Source of the DNA: Candidatus Saccharimonadales bacterium
Lineage (GTDB): Bacteria; Patescibacteriota; Saccharimonadia; Saccharimonadales; UBA10212
Direction: 5' to 3'
Assembly: GCA_038245195.1 (NCBI GenBank)
Contig: JBBRSU010000002.1
Coordinates: 35,091-99,090, forward strand
DNA length: 64,000 bases
Under the pieces are notes generated by a model that ran no database searches, had not been told where the DNA came from, and saw only the letters and a program-made list of their open reading frames with translations. Below are positions 45,642 to 54,935 of the stretch, piece after piece. Made by a program: the position numbers and the translations under genes. How positions within the stretch are numbered: the stretch's first letter is position 1; each line of letters begins with the position of its first letter.

Positions 45642-46045
45642 TACAGCGCCCCTAGGTCTTTCAGGCCTTGCTTAAAACCGGCTAAAGCCGTCTGGGCTTC
45701 GCGTTTTTTTAGCCGAACGCCCGGTTCGTGGACTAAACGATTCCGCAGTTTATGGGCATACCATACCGAGTCGTTATCGCTAATAATTCGTTGAGCCGAA
45801 ACTAGCCTCTCGCCCATAGTTTTGCCTCTAAAATGACGTTTTTTAAGAGCTAGATCAAGAAGTTTATCAGCATCGACAATTGCTAGAATCATACCCTCAG
45901 GGGTTTTGACTCTAGATAGAAGCTCTAGCCACTGGTCATGGAAATATCTTTGGTCAAGTCTGGGTTGACGAAGTCGGCCAAAGCGATTAATGATTAGCAA
46001 TGCCATAACCCCAAAAATAATAATGATTACTAGAAAGATTGTCAT
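45641..46045 (-). CDS. Membrane-anchored HEPN/DUF4145-like protein (Rx4H motif) embedded in the gatCAB operon
   Basis: 134 aa. It has an N-terminal TM helix (IFLVIIIIFGVMALLII) and a ~100-aa helical domain with ADKLLDLALKK...GERL...AHKLRNRLVHEPG. It has an ATGA overlap with the gatA stop and a 1-nt overlap with the gatB start. Confidence 0.7.
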   Translation of the reverse strand: MTIFLVIIIIFGVMALLIINRFGRLRQPRLDQRYFHDQWLELLSRVKTPEGMILAIVDADKLLDLALKKRHFRGKTMGERLVSAQRIISDNDSVWYAHKLRNRLVHEPGVRLKKREAQTALAGFKQGLKDLGAL

Positions 46046-47445
46046 ACCAGTGCCTCAAAAGCTTTAGCCAAGCCAAGCATCTGCCTATCACCCTTCATTG
46101 GAGCGATTATTTGTAGTCCGACCGGCAAGCCATCCGCCACACCAGCCGGTACACTTATGGCTGGGTTGCCCGACATATTAGCAGCCACGGTCATAATATC
46201 GGTAAGGTACATCTTTAGGGGGTCTTTTGTGCGTTCGCCAATCTTGAAGGCAGTTTGCGGGCAGACTGGACCGACCAAAAAATCAAATTTGCTAAAAGCT
46301 TCAGCAAAATCGTTAATAATTTTAGTTCTAACGATTTGTGCTTTCTTGTAATAAGCGTCGTAGTAGCCACTGGATAAAACGTGGGTGCCAATCATAATTC
46401 GACGCTTGGCTTCGGCACCAAAACCTTCTTCGCGGCTAAGCTCATAGGTCTCATCTAAGTTTGAAGCGGTCTTGGCACTATGACCGTATCGCTGGCCGTC
46501 ATAACGGCTCAAATTACTGCTAAGCTCGGCCGGGCAGACAATGTAGTAAACCGCCAGAGCTAGCGGCAAGCTGGGCAAGCTGATTTCTTGGATTTGGGCT
46601 CCGGCTTGGGCTAGTTTTTCAATTGAGCCATTAATAACTGTTTCGACGCCTGAGTCCAGGTTGTCCATATATTCATTAACAACGCCGATTTTCATGCCTC
46701 TAATCTGAGTATCTAGTTTGGAGTAGGTCATTTTATCTCGTTCGATAGTAGTACTGTCTAGCTCGTCTTTGCCAGATATAACATCCAAAACCAAAGCGAC
46801 ATCTTCTACATTTGATGCCAACGGCCCAACTACATCGGTACTACTAGCCATGGCAACTACACCACTACGGCTAATTAGGCCATAAGTTGGCTTTAAGCCG
46901 ACCACCCCGCTGAAACTAGCTGGCAAACGGACTGAGCCGCCGGTGTCTGTGCCAAGTGCAAACGGTGCAATTCCTAAAGCCACGGCCGCGGCTGAGCCGC
47001 CAGAACTACCACCAGCAACCCGGGTCTTATCGTAAGGATTTTTTGTGACGAACCAATCAGAATTTTCAGTACTAGACCCATGAGCGAAGGCATCTAGATT
47101 AGCTTTGGCTACGCAGATGGCGCCCTCGGCCTCCAGCTTTTCGATAACTGTAGCTTGATACGGTGCTTCGAATGACCGCAAGATGTTACTGGCGGCTGTA
47201 GTCTTGCCGCCGTAAGTTAAAAAATTATCTTTGGCAATAAACGGGACGCCTGCCAAACGACCTTTAGGCTGTTTATCAATCTTTGCGGCTCGCTTTAAGG
47301 CCGATTCCTCCAGGGTTGAAATTATGGCTCCATATTCCTGGTTGTCTTTGATAGAACTTAGCGATTGTTTTACCAAATCACTGGCTTTGAGTTTTCCAGC
47401 TCTAACTTCCTCGGCAATTTGGGCAATTGGTTGCCAGCTTGCCAT
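46042..47445 (-). CDS. gatA: Glu-tRNA(Gln) amidotransferase subunit A
   Basis: 467 aa with the amidase signature GGSSGGSAAAVA and a Ser-cisSer-Lys context. Confidence 0.95.
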   Translation of the reverse strand: MASWQPIAQIAEEVRAGKLKASDLVKQSLSSIKDNQEYGAIISTLEESALKRAAKIDKQPKGRLAGVPFIAKDNFLTYGGKTTAASNILRSFEAPYQATVIEKLEAEGAICVAKANLDAFAHGSSTENSDWFVTKNPYDKTRVAGGSSGGSAAAVALGIAPFALGTDTGGSVRLPASFSGVVGLKPTYGLISRSGVVAMASSTDVVGPLASNVEDVALVLDVISGKDELDSTTIERDKMTYSKLDTQIRGMKIGVVNEYMDNLDSGVETVINGSIEKLAQAGAQIQEISLPSLPLALAVYYIVCPAELSSNLSRYDGQRYGHSAKTASNLDETYELSREEGFGAEAKRRIMIGTHVLSSGYYDAYYKKAQIVRTKIINDFAEAFSKFDFLVGPVCPQTAFKIGERTKDPLKMYLTDIMTVAANMSGNPAISVPAGVADGLPVGLQIIAPMKGDRQMLGLAKAFEALV

Positions 47446-47446
47446 A

Positions 47447-47737
47447 CTATAGGACCCGCTTAACTTTAAATTGGCCGTCTTGAATCACCGGAGCGTTCTT
47501 TAATAAGTCCTTGGTTTGATAACCATAGTCTTTTACCACGTCTTGGCGGCTAACATTTTTAAGCCCGGTAACTTGATAGGTCGGTGACAACCCGGTCACA
47601 TCAACTTTATCAAGCGTTTCGACATAGTTGAGTATTTCAGATAGTTCACTTCGAAGCAGTTCGACCTCACTGTCACTTAAGCGTAATTTGCTCAAAGCAG
47701 CCAATTTTAAGACGTCGTCTCGACTCAATTTACTCAT
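47447..47737 (-). CDS. gatC: Asp/Glu-tRNA(Asn/Gln) amidotransferase subunit C
   Basis: 96 aa: VLKLAALSKLRLSDSEVE...ILNYVETL. It lies directly upstream of gatA. A TGCTATAAT box sits 13 nt upstream of the ATG. Confidence 0.9.
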   Translation of the reverse strand: MSKLSRDDVLKLAALSKLRLSDSEVELLRSELSEILNYVETLDKVDVTGLSPTYQVTGLKNVSRQDVVKDYGYQTKDLLKNAPVIQDGQFKVKRVL

Positions 47738-47769
47738 AATATTAACTTCAATTATAGCAGGTTTAGCCC

Positions 47770-49728
47770 CTATAACTTGGCTTTAACTTCGGCAATTACA
47801 TCCCGCAGCTCAGCGGCTTTTTCGAATTGTAAATTAGCCGATGCCAAATCCATCTGGGAGGTTAGGTCTTTAATCAAATGATTATACTCGTCCTTCGGAA
47901 TTTTCTTAAGGTTAAGTTTGGGGGCTTCGGGCTTGGCTTCGTGTGGCAACATATCGCCGACTGCCCGGCTAATACTGGTGGCAGTTATATTATGCTTAAG
48001 ATTATATTCTTTCTGAACTAAGCGGCGTTGATTTGTTTTATCAATTGTCCTCTCCATACTCCCAGTAATTCTATCAGCATACATAATTACTCGGCCTTCT
48101 TGGTGGCGGGCTGCTCGGCCAACTGTTTGAATTAGGGCTTGTTCACTGCGTAAAAATCCCTCTTTATCAGCGTCTAATATGGCTACTAAGCTGACTTCTG
48201 GTAAATCTAGTCCCTCCCTGAGTAAGTTTATGCCGACCAATACGTCGTACACTCCTAAACGCAAATCACGTAATATATCGGTTCTATCCAGAGTGTCTAC
48301 TTCGCTATGGATATAAGCCACTTTCATGTTTAATTCTTGTAAATATTCCGCAAGATCTTCGCTCATTCGTTTTGTTAGAGTTGTTACCAAAACTCTTTGT
48401 TTCTTCTTAGTAATTAACTTAATCTCTCCTATCAAGTCATCAACTTGGTTCCCTACCGGCCGAACTTCAATGATTGGATCCAGCAATCCAGTTGGTCGAA
48501 TAACTTGCTGGGTTGGCTCTGGGCTTCGGCTTAGCTCATACTCTGCCGGTGTGGCACTTACATAAACAACTTGGTTCATGTGTCTCTCAAATTCACTGAA
48601 AGTTAGTGGTCGGTTATCCAAAGCACTCGGCAACCGAAAACCATGCTCAATCAGTACTTCTTTACGAGCCCGGTCGCCGTGATACATACCCCGGGTTTGG
48701 GGGATGGTCATATGTGATTCATCGACAAACATTAGATAATCATCCGAGAAATAATCAAGCAGTGTGGCCGGTTGCTCGCCTTCTTCGCGGTTTGTCAAAT
48801 AGCGACTGTAGTTTTCAATACCTTTGACAAAACCGGTCTGTTCTAACATCTCTAGATCAAATTTGACCCTTTGCTCTAAGCGCTGAGCTTCGATAAGTTT
48901 GTTATGTTTTTTAAACCAACCGGCTCGGTCTTCGGTCTCTTGCCTGATTTTGTCGAGGGCCACCTGCAGTTTTTCTTGGGGGGTAACATAGTGCGATCCT
49001 GGAAAAATAGTTAGCTTGTTAAGAGTTTTTTCAATTTCGCCGGTTAATGGATTAATTTGAGTAATGCGTTCTAGTTCATCTCCAAAAAATTCAATTCTAA
49101 AAGCCGCTTCTTCGCCGGCCGGAAAAACATCAACTACGTCACCCCTCACTCTAAAAGTACTGCGGTGAAAATCAATGTCATTGCGTTGATATTGTATATC
49201 GGTGAGCTGTCGCAACAGCTTATCGCGGACCCGACGTTCGCCAGTTGAGATTCTTAATGCCAAGCCATTATAGTCTTCGACTGAGCCAATGCCGTAAATA
49301 CAGGACACACTGGCGACTATAATCACATCTTCTCGAGACAACAAGGCGGCAGTGGCAGCGTGTCGCAAGCGATCTATTTCTTCGTTGATATCACTATCTT
49401 TCTCAATATAGGTGTCGCTACGCGGCACATAAGCCTCGGGTTGGTAGTAATCAAAATAACTAACAAAATAATGGACAGCGTTGTTGGGAAAAAACATCCT
49501 AAATTCGTTATAAAGCTGGGCCGCCAGGGTTTTGTTATGAGATAGAACCAAGGTTGGCTTTTGAGTGTTTTGAATCAGATTGGCCATGGTAAATGTTTTA
49601 CCACTGCCCGTAACTCCTAAGAGTGTCTGGTTTTTTTCGCCTTTGTTAAGTCCTTTGGTCAATCGAGCAATTGCCGATGGCTGGTCGCCGTCCGGTTTAT
49701 AATCACTCGTTAGTTTGAACTCACTCAC
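47770..49728 (-). CDS. uvrB: Excinuclease ABC subunit B
   Basis: 652 aa with [12 protein letters not shown], helicase motifs, and a C-terminal UVR domain ([13 protein letters not shown]). It starts with GTG. Confidence 0.97.
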   Translation of the reverse strand: MSEFKLTSDYKPDGDQPSAIARLTKGLNKGEKNQTLLGVTGSGKTFTMANLIQNTQKPTLVLSHNKTLAAQLYNEFRMFFPNNAVHYFVSYFDYYQPEAYVPRSDTYIEKDSDINEEIDRLRHAATAALLSREDVIIVASVSCIYGIGSVEDYNGLALRISTGERRVRDKLLRQLTDIQYQRNDIDFHRSTFRVRGDVVDVFPAGEEAAFRIEFFGDELERITQINPLTGEIEKTLNKLTIFPGSHYVTPQEKLQVALDKIRQETEDRAGWFKKHNKLIEAQRLEQRVKFDLEMLEQTGFVKGIENYSRYLTNREEGEQPATLLDYFSDDYLMFVDESHMTIPQTRGMYHGDRARKEVLIEHGFRLPSALDNRPLTFSEFERHMNQVVYVSATPAEYELSRSPEPTQQVIRPTGLLDPIIEVRPVGNQVDDLIGEIKLITKKKQRVLVTTLTKRMSEDLAEYLQELNMKVAYIHSEVDTLDRTDILRDLRLGVYDVLVGINLLREGLDLPEVSLVAILDADKEGFLRSEQALIQTVGRAARHQEGRVIMYADRITGSMERTIDKTNQRRLVQKEYNLKHNITATSISRAVGDMLPHEAKPEAPKLNLKKIPKDEYNHLIKDLTSQMDLASANLQFEKAAELRDVIAEVKAKL

Positions 49729-49735
49729 TTAATAG

Positions 49736-49744
49736 ATTGTAGCA
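49736..49744 (-). promoter_or_regulatory. Candidate extended -10 promoter (TGCTACAAT) ending 7 nt before the uvrB GTG start
   Basis: Minus-strand read: TTGCTACAATCTATTAAGTG, inside the 24-nt gap after the pilin gene stop. Confidence 0.4.
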
Positions 49745-49752
49745 AGAAGGAT

Positions 49753-50331
49753 TTAGGGCACCGCCGATAATTTTGTAGTCGTCGACTTAACGGCATCGTT
49801 TGTACTGCTTTGGAGAGTCCCTGCCGCAGAGTTGGGATCTGATATAGCCGGACATAATGCTTGCGAATGGACATAGATATAATAGTACCCGTTTACGATA
49901 GAGTACGGTGGTGGGTTTTGATCTTTAATGACTTCAGAAGCGGTTGTTCCTGTCTGATAAATATCGTTAGGCCCAAGCTTCTCTATTGCTCCACCATAAT
50001 CCGAGCATTTTCCATTAGTCGCGTTGTCAAATTCAACCGAAGAAAAGGACGCAGTGTTATTAGCAATTGAATATTTAAGATTCAAGACTCCATTATAAGG
50101 TGCACTTACTCCCCATTCCTTGAGAGTTAGGTGTCTTTGAGTTTGAATCCCAGGACTTGATTTAAGACTACCGCTAGGAGCACTCTGGCTGATTTTGTCA
50201 GATTGGGCTAAAATTTTATCAGTTTGGTGTTTGGTATGAACGACGTACCAGCCTACGCCTCCAACTGTTATCAAAATTATTAATATAAGAACTGCTTCTA
50301 GTGCAGCGAAGCCTTTTTGAGTTTTATTCAT
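49753..50331 (-). CDS. Type IV pilin-like protein (prepilin N-terminal cleavage/methylation motif)
   Basis: MNKTQKG/FAALEAVLILIILITVGGVG matches the class III signal (G-F-x-x-x-E plus a hydrophobic helix). A C-terminal Cys pair is present. I trimmed the start to ATG 50331; the track ORF begins at an upstream TTG. Confidence 0.8.
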   Translation of the reverse strand: MNKTQKGFAALEAVLILIILITVGGVGWYVVHTKHQTDKILAQSDKISQSAPSGSLKSSPGIQTQRHLTLKEWGVSAPYNGVLNLKYSIANNTASFSSVEFDNATNGKCSDYGGAIEKLGPNDIYQTGTTASEVIKDQNPPPYSIVNGYYYIYVHSQALCPAISDPNSAAGTLQSSTNDAVKSTTTKLSAVP

Positions 50332-50372
50332 AATCATAAATATAAATGGGGTGTTGTCAAAACACAAGCAGT

Positions 50373-50942
50373 TTACTGATAGAGTTGATGGTAATTAGCG
50401 TGGGTTTTATCTAAGATTGCCGTTAACTTTTCGATCAGTCTATCGGCATCAGTATCGGATACCACTAACTCGGGGTCGGCGTTGGGTAATAGCTTAAGCA
50501 AACCTTCGATTTGATCTCCGATTCCGCCAGCTCCACTGAGCAGTCCAAGTGGCGTACGGGTTTCCATCGCAACCGTAAATTCATGCAAAGTGCCCAGCCG
50601 TCCACCAATACTCACTACAGCGTCGGCCGAATTAACTAATAACGCATCACGACCTGAATAGTGCAGGCCAGTATAAAGAATTGCATCATAGGCTTCGGTC
50701 GGTAAATGATACTTCATAACATGCTCTACTTTGGTAGCGGCCGGACTAATCCCAAGGCTCATTTTGCCGCCAGCTTTTTTATAGCCTTCGGCCGCCGAGT
50801 TTGGCAGCCCGGTAGTCGCCCCAGTCATTAAACTATGCCCAGCTCGGGCAATCGCCGCCCCGGCTAGCTCGGCAATTACTTTACCTTGCTCGGCACTTGC
50901 CCCTTTTGCGGCCCCAGAAACACAAATCTGATACTTTCCCAC
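50373..50942 (-). CDS. LOG/TIGR00725-family (SLOG Rossmann) protein
   Basis: 189 aa: ICVSGAA...SLMTGATTG...SIGGRLGTLHEF, which aligns with the GGGxGTxxE LOG-family motif. Confidence 0.8.
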   Translation of the reverse strand: MGKYQICVSGAAKGASAEQGKVIAELAGAAIARAGHSLMTGATTGLPNSAAEGYKKAGGKMSLGISPAATKVEHVMKYHLPTEAYDAILYTGLHYSGRDALLVNSADAVVSIGGRLGTLHEFTVAMETRTPLGLLSGAGGIGDQIEGLLKLLPNADPELVVSDTDADRLIEKLTAILDKTHANYHQLYQ

Positions 50943-51977
50943 CTAAACTCCTTCTACGTACTCGAAGACCGGTTGATTTACTAGCGTTAAATTGCCGATT
51001 GGTTTGAAGATGGCTGGTAGGTTATCTTCATCTGGTAGTAACTGGTTTTCATAGAGGTTCACTAATTGTCTCCAGAATGATTTTTGAGCCGATCCCAAAA
51101 CTGAAGTATCCGAAGATTGCCCTAAACTGTGATTTGTAGCGACATCATACAAGTTAAATGAAACTTTTTGGTCACCGATCATTGCCATTAAGCCATCGCT
51201 GTCCGCCCACCAGCTCAGAGTCGAGCTAAACTGAGCAACCACTTCTGACACATCTAGTTGTTTAAACTCAGAAAGCCGCTCTAGCAACTCTAAAACAATC
51301 ATCAGTAAACTTACCGATTTGTTTTCGGAGAACTCTAGTACTCCAATGGCACCAAGTTCGTTATTATATAGCACGCTTGATTGGTCTTGATCAGTTTTCG
51401 ATTCAAGTCTGGAGATAGTACTTATATTTAATTTCCGTCTTTCAAAAGCTGTGGAGTCTAGCACTGAAACCAACTTTAAATGAGTTTTGTTCCAGGCCGG
51501 AGTTTCTGCCCGAGCCAGGTTTAGATAGGTAGCTGTTAAGACTTGGCGTTTTATTAATGATTCAACCGAGCGGTAATGCAATTGTTTCATCAATTTGCGT
51601 GGAGGATGTTGCTGGAGTAAGGCTTTGGCTACTGGACATTTCAAGACCCATCTGTCGGGCAAATCTAAATTATTGGAGATAATTTCTACAGCTTTTTGGG
51701 CTTTTTGGCTATTACTACTCTTTGTAGTACCGAAATATTCGTCAAAGCGCCTTGAATCGGTTTGGAATTTTATCAATAAAGCCTGATAAAGCTCTGGAGC
51801 AGTTGTATCGTTGGGATCAAGCTGAAGTTGACTAATTTTTAATCGAGTTTTCTGAATATGTTCAGCTAATTGACGGACATCGTTACTGGGATGGCCGTTA
51901 TTTTGCTCCAAAAGATTGATAGCATTTTTAATTTCGCGCTCTGGATAAGCCAAGATTTCCGAGATAAACTTAGACAT
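50943..51977 (-). CDS. Hypothetical protein, 344 aa, no recognisable motif
   Basis: It is a long intact ORF that abuts the LOG-like start with a 0-nt gap and overlaps the kinase stop by 1 nt. I could identify no family. Confidence 0.7.
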   Translation of the reverse strand: MSKFISEILAYPEREIKNAINLLEQNNGHPSNDVRQLAEHIQKTRLKISQLQLDPNDTTAPELYQALLIKFQTDSRRFDEYFGTTKSSNSQKAQKAVEIISNNLDLPDRWVLKCPVAKALLQQHPPRKLMKQLHYRSVESLIKRQVLTATYLNLARAETPAWNKTHLKLVSVLDSTAFERRKLNISTISRLESKTDQDQSSVLYNNELGAIGVLEFSENKSVSLLMIVLELLERLSEFKQLDVSEVVAQFSSTLSWWADSDGLMAMIGDQKVSFNLYDVATNHSLGQSSDTSVLGSAQKSFWRQLVNLYENQLLPDEDNLPAIFKPIGNLTLVNQPVFEYVEGV

Positions 51978-52987
51978 TACTTTATCTTCTCCGGATGATA
52001 CCAGTGTGGAGCATCACGTAAAAACTTATTGATTTCGGCTTCGCTTAACAATCCGGCTTGGGCACCAACTTTTTGTACAACGCTCATTGAATTTATCGGT
52101 GCCCAAAGCAAAGCCCCTTCAATATCAGCACCTTTAGCCAAAGCGGCAACAAAAGTTGATGTAAAAGCATCACCTGCGCCAGTTCGCTCAAACGGTGGCT
52201 TTGGATCGGGGTAAATTGGCATCTTGTATCGATTTGTGCCGTCGCTAGCATATGCCCCAGCATGGCCATCACTAATTAGTACGATTCTAGGCCCAAGGGC
52301 GTGTAATTTGTCGAATAAATCATGAATATCGTGAATATCACCGTTTGATATAGTTGTAGCTTCTTCGCGGTTTACCGCCAAAACTTCAGTTTTTTTATAA
52401 AGCTTGCCTAGTCGTTTAGTACCGGCTTCGATCTGGAAGGTACCAGGCTGGAAAGCTAGTTTAACGGTCTTATGGGCTTCTAGCCAGGCTGAGATCTCGT
52501 CGTGATACTCCATAGCATTTTCACTAATTGAGCTAAAATATATCCATTTCGGTATATCGATGATTCGAAAGTCTGGCCAGCGATAGTCATATTCTTCATG
52601 TTTAATTAAAATGGTTCGTTCTTCTTTGTACCAAAGTACATAGTGATAATTGCTTTTTTTACCAGGGTTAGTATGGATAAATCGACTATCAACTTTGTTT
52701 TGCTCGAGGGCAATTATAATATCTCGGCCAGATTGATCTGCCCCAACATTGGCCGCTAATCCGCTATTGAGTCCTAATCGGGCTATGGCGACCGAGGCAT
52801 TAGCCGCGTTTCCTACCCCTTCTACAACTTCGGCGTGGTCGAATGGAATTTTAACACCGAACGGAATCGCTAGCCACACACTGCCATCGCGTTGATGCTC
52901 AATTTTTTCTTCTTTGTCAAAAAGTTTAATAAAAGCGTCAGTTACGACATCGCCTACAGATAGAATGTCAAGTTGATGCTGTGCCAT
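51977..52987 (-). CDS. PfkB-family carbohydrate/nucleoside kinase
   Basis: 336 aa with an N-terminal di-Gly region (GVGNAANASVAIARLG) and the C-terminal anion-hole motif TGAGDAFTSTFVAAL. Substrate is unknown. Confidence 0.88.
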   Translation of the reverse strand: MAQHQLDILSVGDVVTDAFIKLFDKEEKIEHQRDGSVWLAIPFGVKIPFDHAEVVEGVGNAANASVAIARLGLNSGLAANVGADQSGRDIIIALEQNKVDSRFIHTNPGKKSNYHYVLWYKEERTILIKHEEYDYRWPDFRIIDIPKWIYFSSISENAMEYHDEISAWLEAHKTVKLAFQPGTFQIEAGTKRLGKLYKKTEVLAVNREEATTISNGDIHDIHDLFDKLHALGPRIVLISDGHAGAYASDGTNRYKMPIYPDPKPPFERTGAGDAFTSTFVAALAKGADIEGALLWAPINSMSVVQKVGAQAGLLSEAEINKFLRDAPHWYHPEKIK

Positions 52988-53041
52988 ATTAAACCTGAAC
53001 TTCGATTTTTATTTGTATCATGCTTATGAATATTTTAACGC

Positions 53042-53953
53042 TTAAACTCGGGCTTTACCAGAGGAATTGAACATCTCAATTTTCGCTTCAACTACTTTTT
53101 GAACCGCTGCGATGACTTCGTCCATTAGCTTCACTACTGCGTATTCCGATTTATTTTCATTTAGAACCTTTTCTAAGGTGTCCCGATAAGCAATCCGCAT
53201 GTCGCTATTGATATTAATTTTGGTAACACCTATCTTGGCGGCCTCTACAAAATAGTGTCCCGGTGTCCCACTGCCCCCGTGAAGTGAAATATTACAATTC
53301 AAAGCCGCTCTAATTTGTTTGAGTAAATCAAGATGTAGGACTTTCGGTGCCGGATAATGCCCATGGAGATTACCAATGGCAGCCGCATAGGTATCAATCC
53401 CGGTTGCTTGAACAAAGGCTTTTGCTTCATCGGGTTTGGTGAAATATTTTTTAATTTCTCCATAGTCGATTTTTTCGGTATGCAAGTTAGAGCTGCCCCC
53501 AAAATAATGTGGTTCGGCTTCAACCAACGCACCAGTTAGTTTGGCCGCCGATACTACTTCTTTGGTTTTAGCGATAATTTCTTTATCAGGGGCCTCGTGG
53601 TCAGCTTGGGAAATATCTATATGTATACATTCAAAGCCGGCGGTTATGCCAGCAATAGCATCCTCTACGCTCGGGCTGTGATCAAGATTGATATACATTT
53701 CAACTCCGTAATCGGCTTTATAGTTATCAACTAAATCTCGAACGTTATCTAAGCCTAGGGCATCGGCTTCACCTTTGCTGACTTCCACCAAAACTGGAGC
53801 GTTTTTGGATTTGGCCGCAAAAACCACTGCCTTTAAAGTTTCCTGATTGTCTAAATTAAAAGCCCCCAGCGCGTAATGGCCAGCTCGGGCTCGCCCAAAT
53901 GCCTCACGGGCTGCCGCACAATCTTTCCTAATTTTCGTGTAATTAGACGGCAT
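53042..53953 (-). CDS. fba: Class II fructose-bisphosphate aldolase
   Basis: 303 aa: GAFNLDN, INLDHSPS, LHGGSG and NINSD, which are class II FBA/TBP aldolase motifs. Confidence 0.93.
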   Translation of the reverse strand: MPSNYTKIRKDCAAAREAFGRARAGHYALGAFNLDNQETLKAVVFAAKSKNAPVLVEVSKGEADALGLDNVRDLVDNYKADYGVEMYINLDHSPSVEDAIAGITAGFECIHIDISQADHEAPDKEIIAKTKEVVSAAKLTGALVEAEPHYFGGSSNLHTEKIDYGEIKKYFTKPDEAKAFVQATGIDTYAAAIGNLHGHYPAPKVLHLDLLKQIRAALNCNISLHGGSGTPGHYFVEAAKIGVTKININSDMRIAYRDTLEKVLNENKSEYAVVKLMDEVIAAVQKVVEAKIEMFNSSGKARV

Positions 53954-53954
53954 A

Positions 53955-54935
53955 TTAATGTTTGTGGCCTGAATGGTCTATTAATAATCGGTGAGCAGTC
54001 ATGGCAATGTGACCTGAAGTTAGACCAAAGTGCTTGAGGAGTTCATTAGGTTGGCCGGACTCGCCGAAACGGTCGTTCATGCCAACCCGAATCATTGGAG
54101 TTGGCAAATTCTCTCCTAAAAGTTCGGCCACAGCTCCGCCCAAACCGCCATTAATCTGGCCTTCCTCAGCTGTTACGACATGGCCAGTCCGCTCAGCACT
54201 TTCCAGAATAATAGCGTGGTCAATCGGTTTAATGGTCGGCACATGAACTACTTCGGCGCTTATGCCGTCTTTAGCTAATGCTTCGGCAGCCTTCATAGCT
54301 TGATAAGTCATTGTGCCCGTAGCAATCAAGCTTACATCTTTGCCAGCTCGAAAAATGTAAGCTCTACCAATTTGAAAAGGCGTTTTATCGGTCGTTAAAA
54401 TTGGTGTGGCTTCACGGGTAACTCGCATGTAGTTCGGCCGTAGATCTTTAGCCATGGCTAGGGTGGCCTTAGCAGCCTCCATGCTGTCGCACGGAGCTAA
54501 AACCACCATATTAGGTAAGGCTCGCATGATTGATAAATCTTCCAACATTTGGTGAGTAGCCCCATCTGCACCCGTGTAAATACCAGCGTGCGAACCAATA
54601 ATTTTAACCGGCTGATTATTCAGACAAATTGTAGTGCGAATTTGTTCCCAATTGCGACCCGGGCTAAAAGCCGCGTAGCTGGAAACGAAGGGTATTTTGC
54701 CCATAGCTGCCAGGCCGGAGCCAACCGTCACTAAGTTTTGCTCAGCTACTCCGACTTCAACGAATCGTTCTGGAAAAGCCTCGGCAAACAGATGCATTTG
54801 GGTAGATTCGGTCAAATCAGCACAGGCCGCAACCACATCTTCATTCAGCTGACCGGCTCGTAGCAAAGCCCGCCCGAAACCTTTCCGTATGGCCTCGGAA
54901 GCCAAAGCGTGCTCGGCTAAATGGACGTCGTTCAT
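53955..54935 (-). CDS. Transketolase, C-terminal (pyrimidine-binding) subunit
   Basis: 326 aa: FVEVGVAEQN and GADGATHQ. It is paired with the N-terminal subunit by a 4-nt overlap. Confidence 0.93.
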   Translation of the reverse strand: MNDVHLAEHALASEAIRKGFGRALLRAGQLNEDVVAACADLTESTQMHLFAEAFPERFVEVGVAEQNLVTVGSGLAAMGKIPFVSSYAAFSPGRNWEQIRTTICLNNQPVKIIGSHAGIYTGADGATHQMLEDLSIMRALPNMVVLAPCDSMEAAKATLAMAKDLRPNYMRVTREATPILTTDKTPFQIGRAYIFRAGKDVSLIATGTMTYQAMKAAEALAKDGISAEVVHVPTIKPIDHAIILESAERTGHVVTAEEGQINGGLGGAVAELLGENLPTPMIRVGMNDRFGESGQPNELLKHFGLTSGHIAMTAHRLLIDHSGHKH

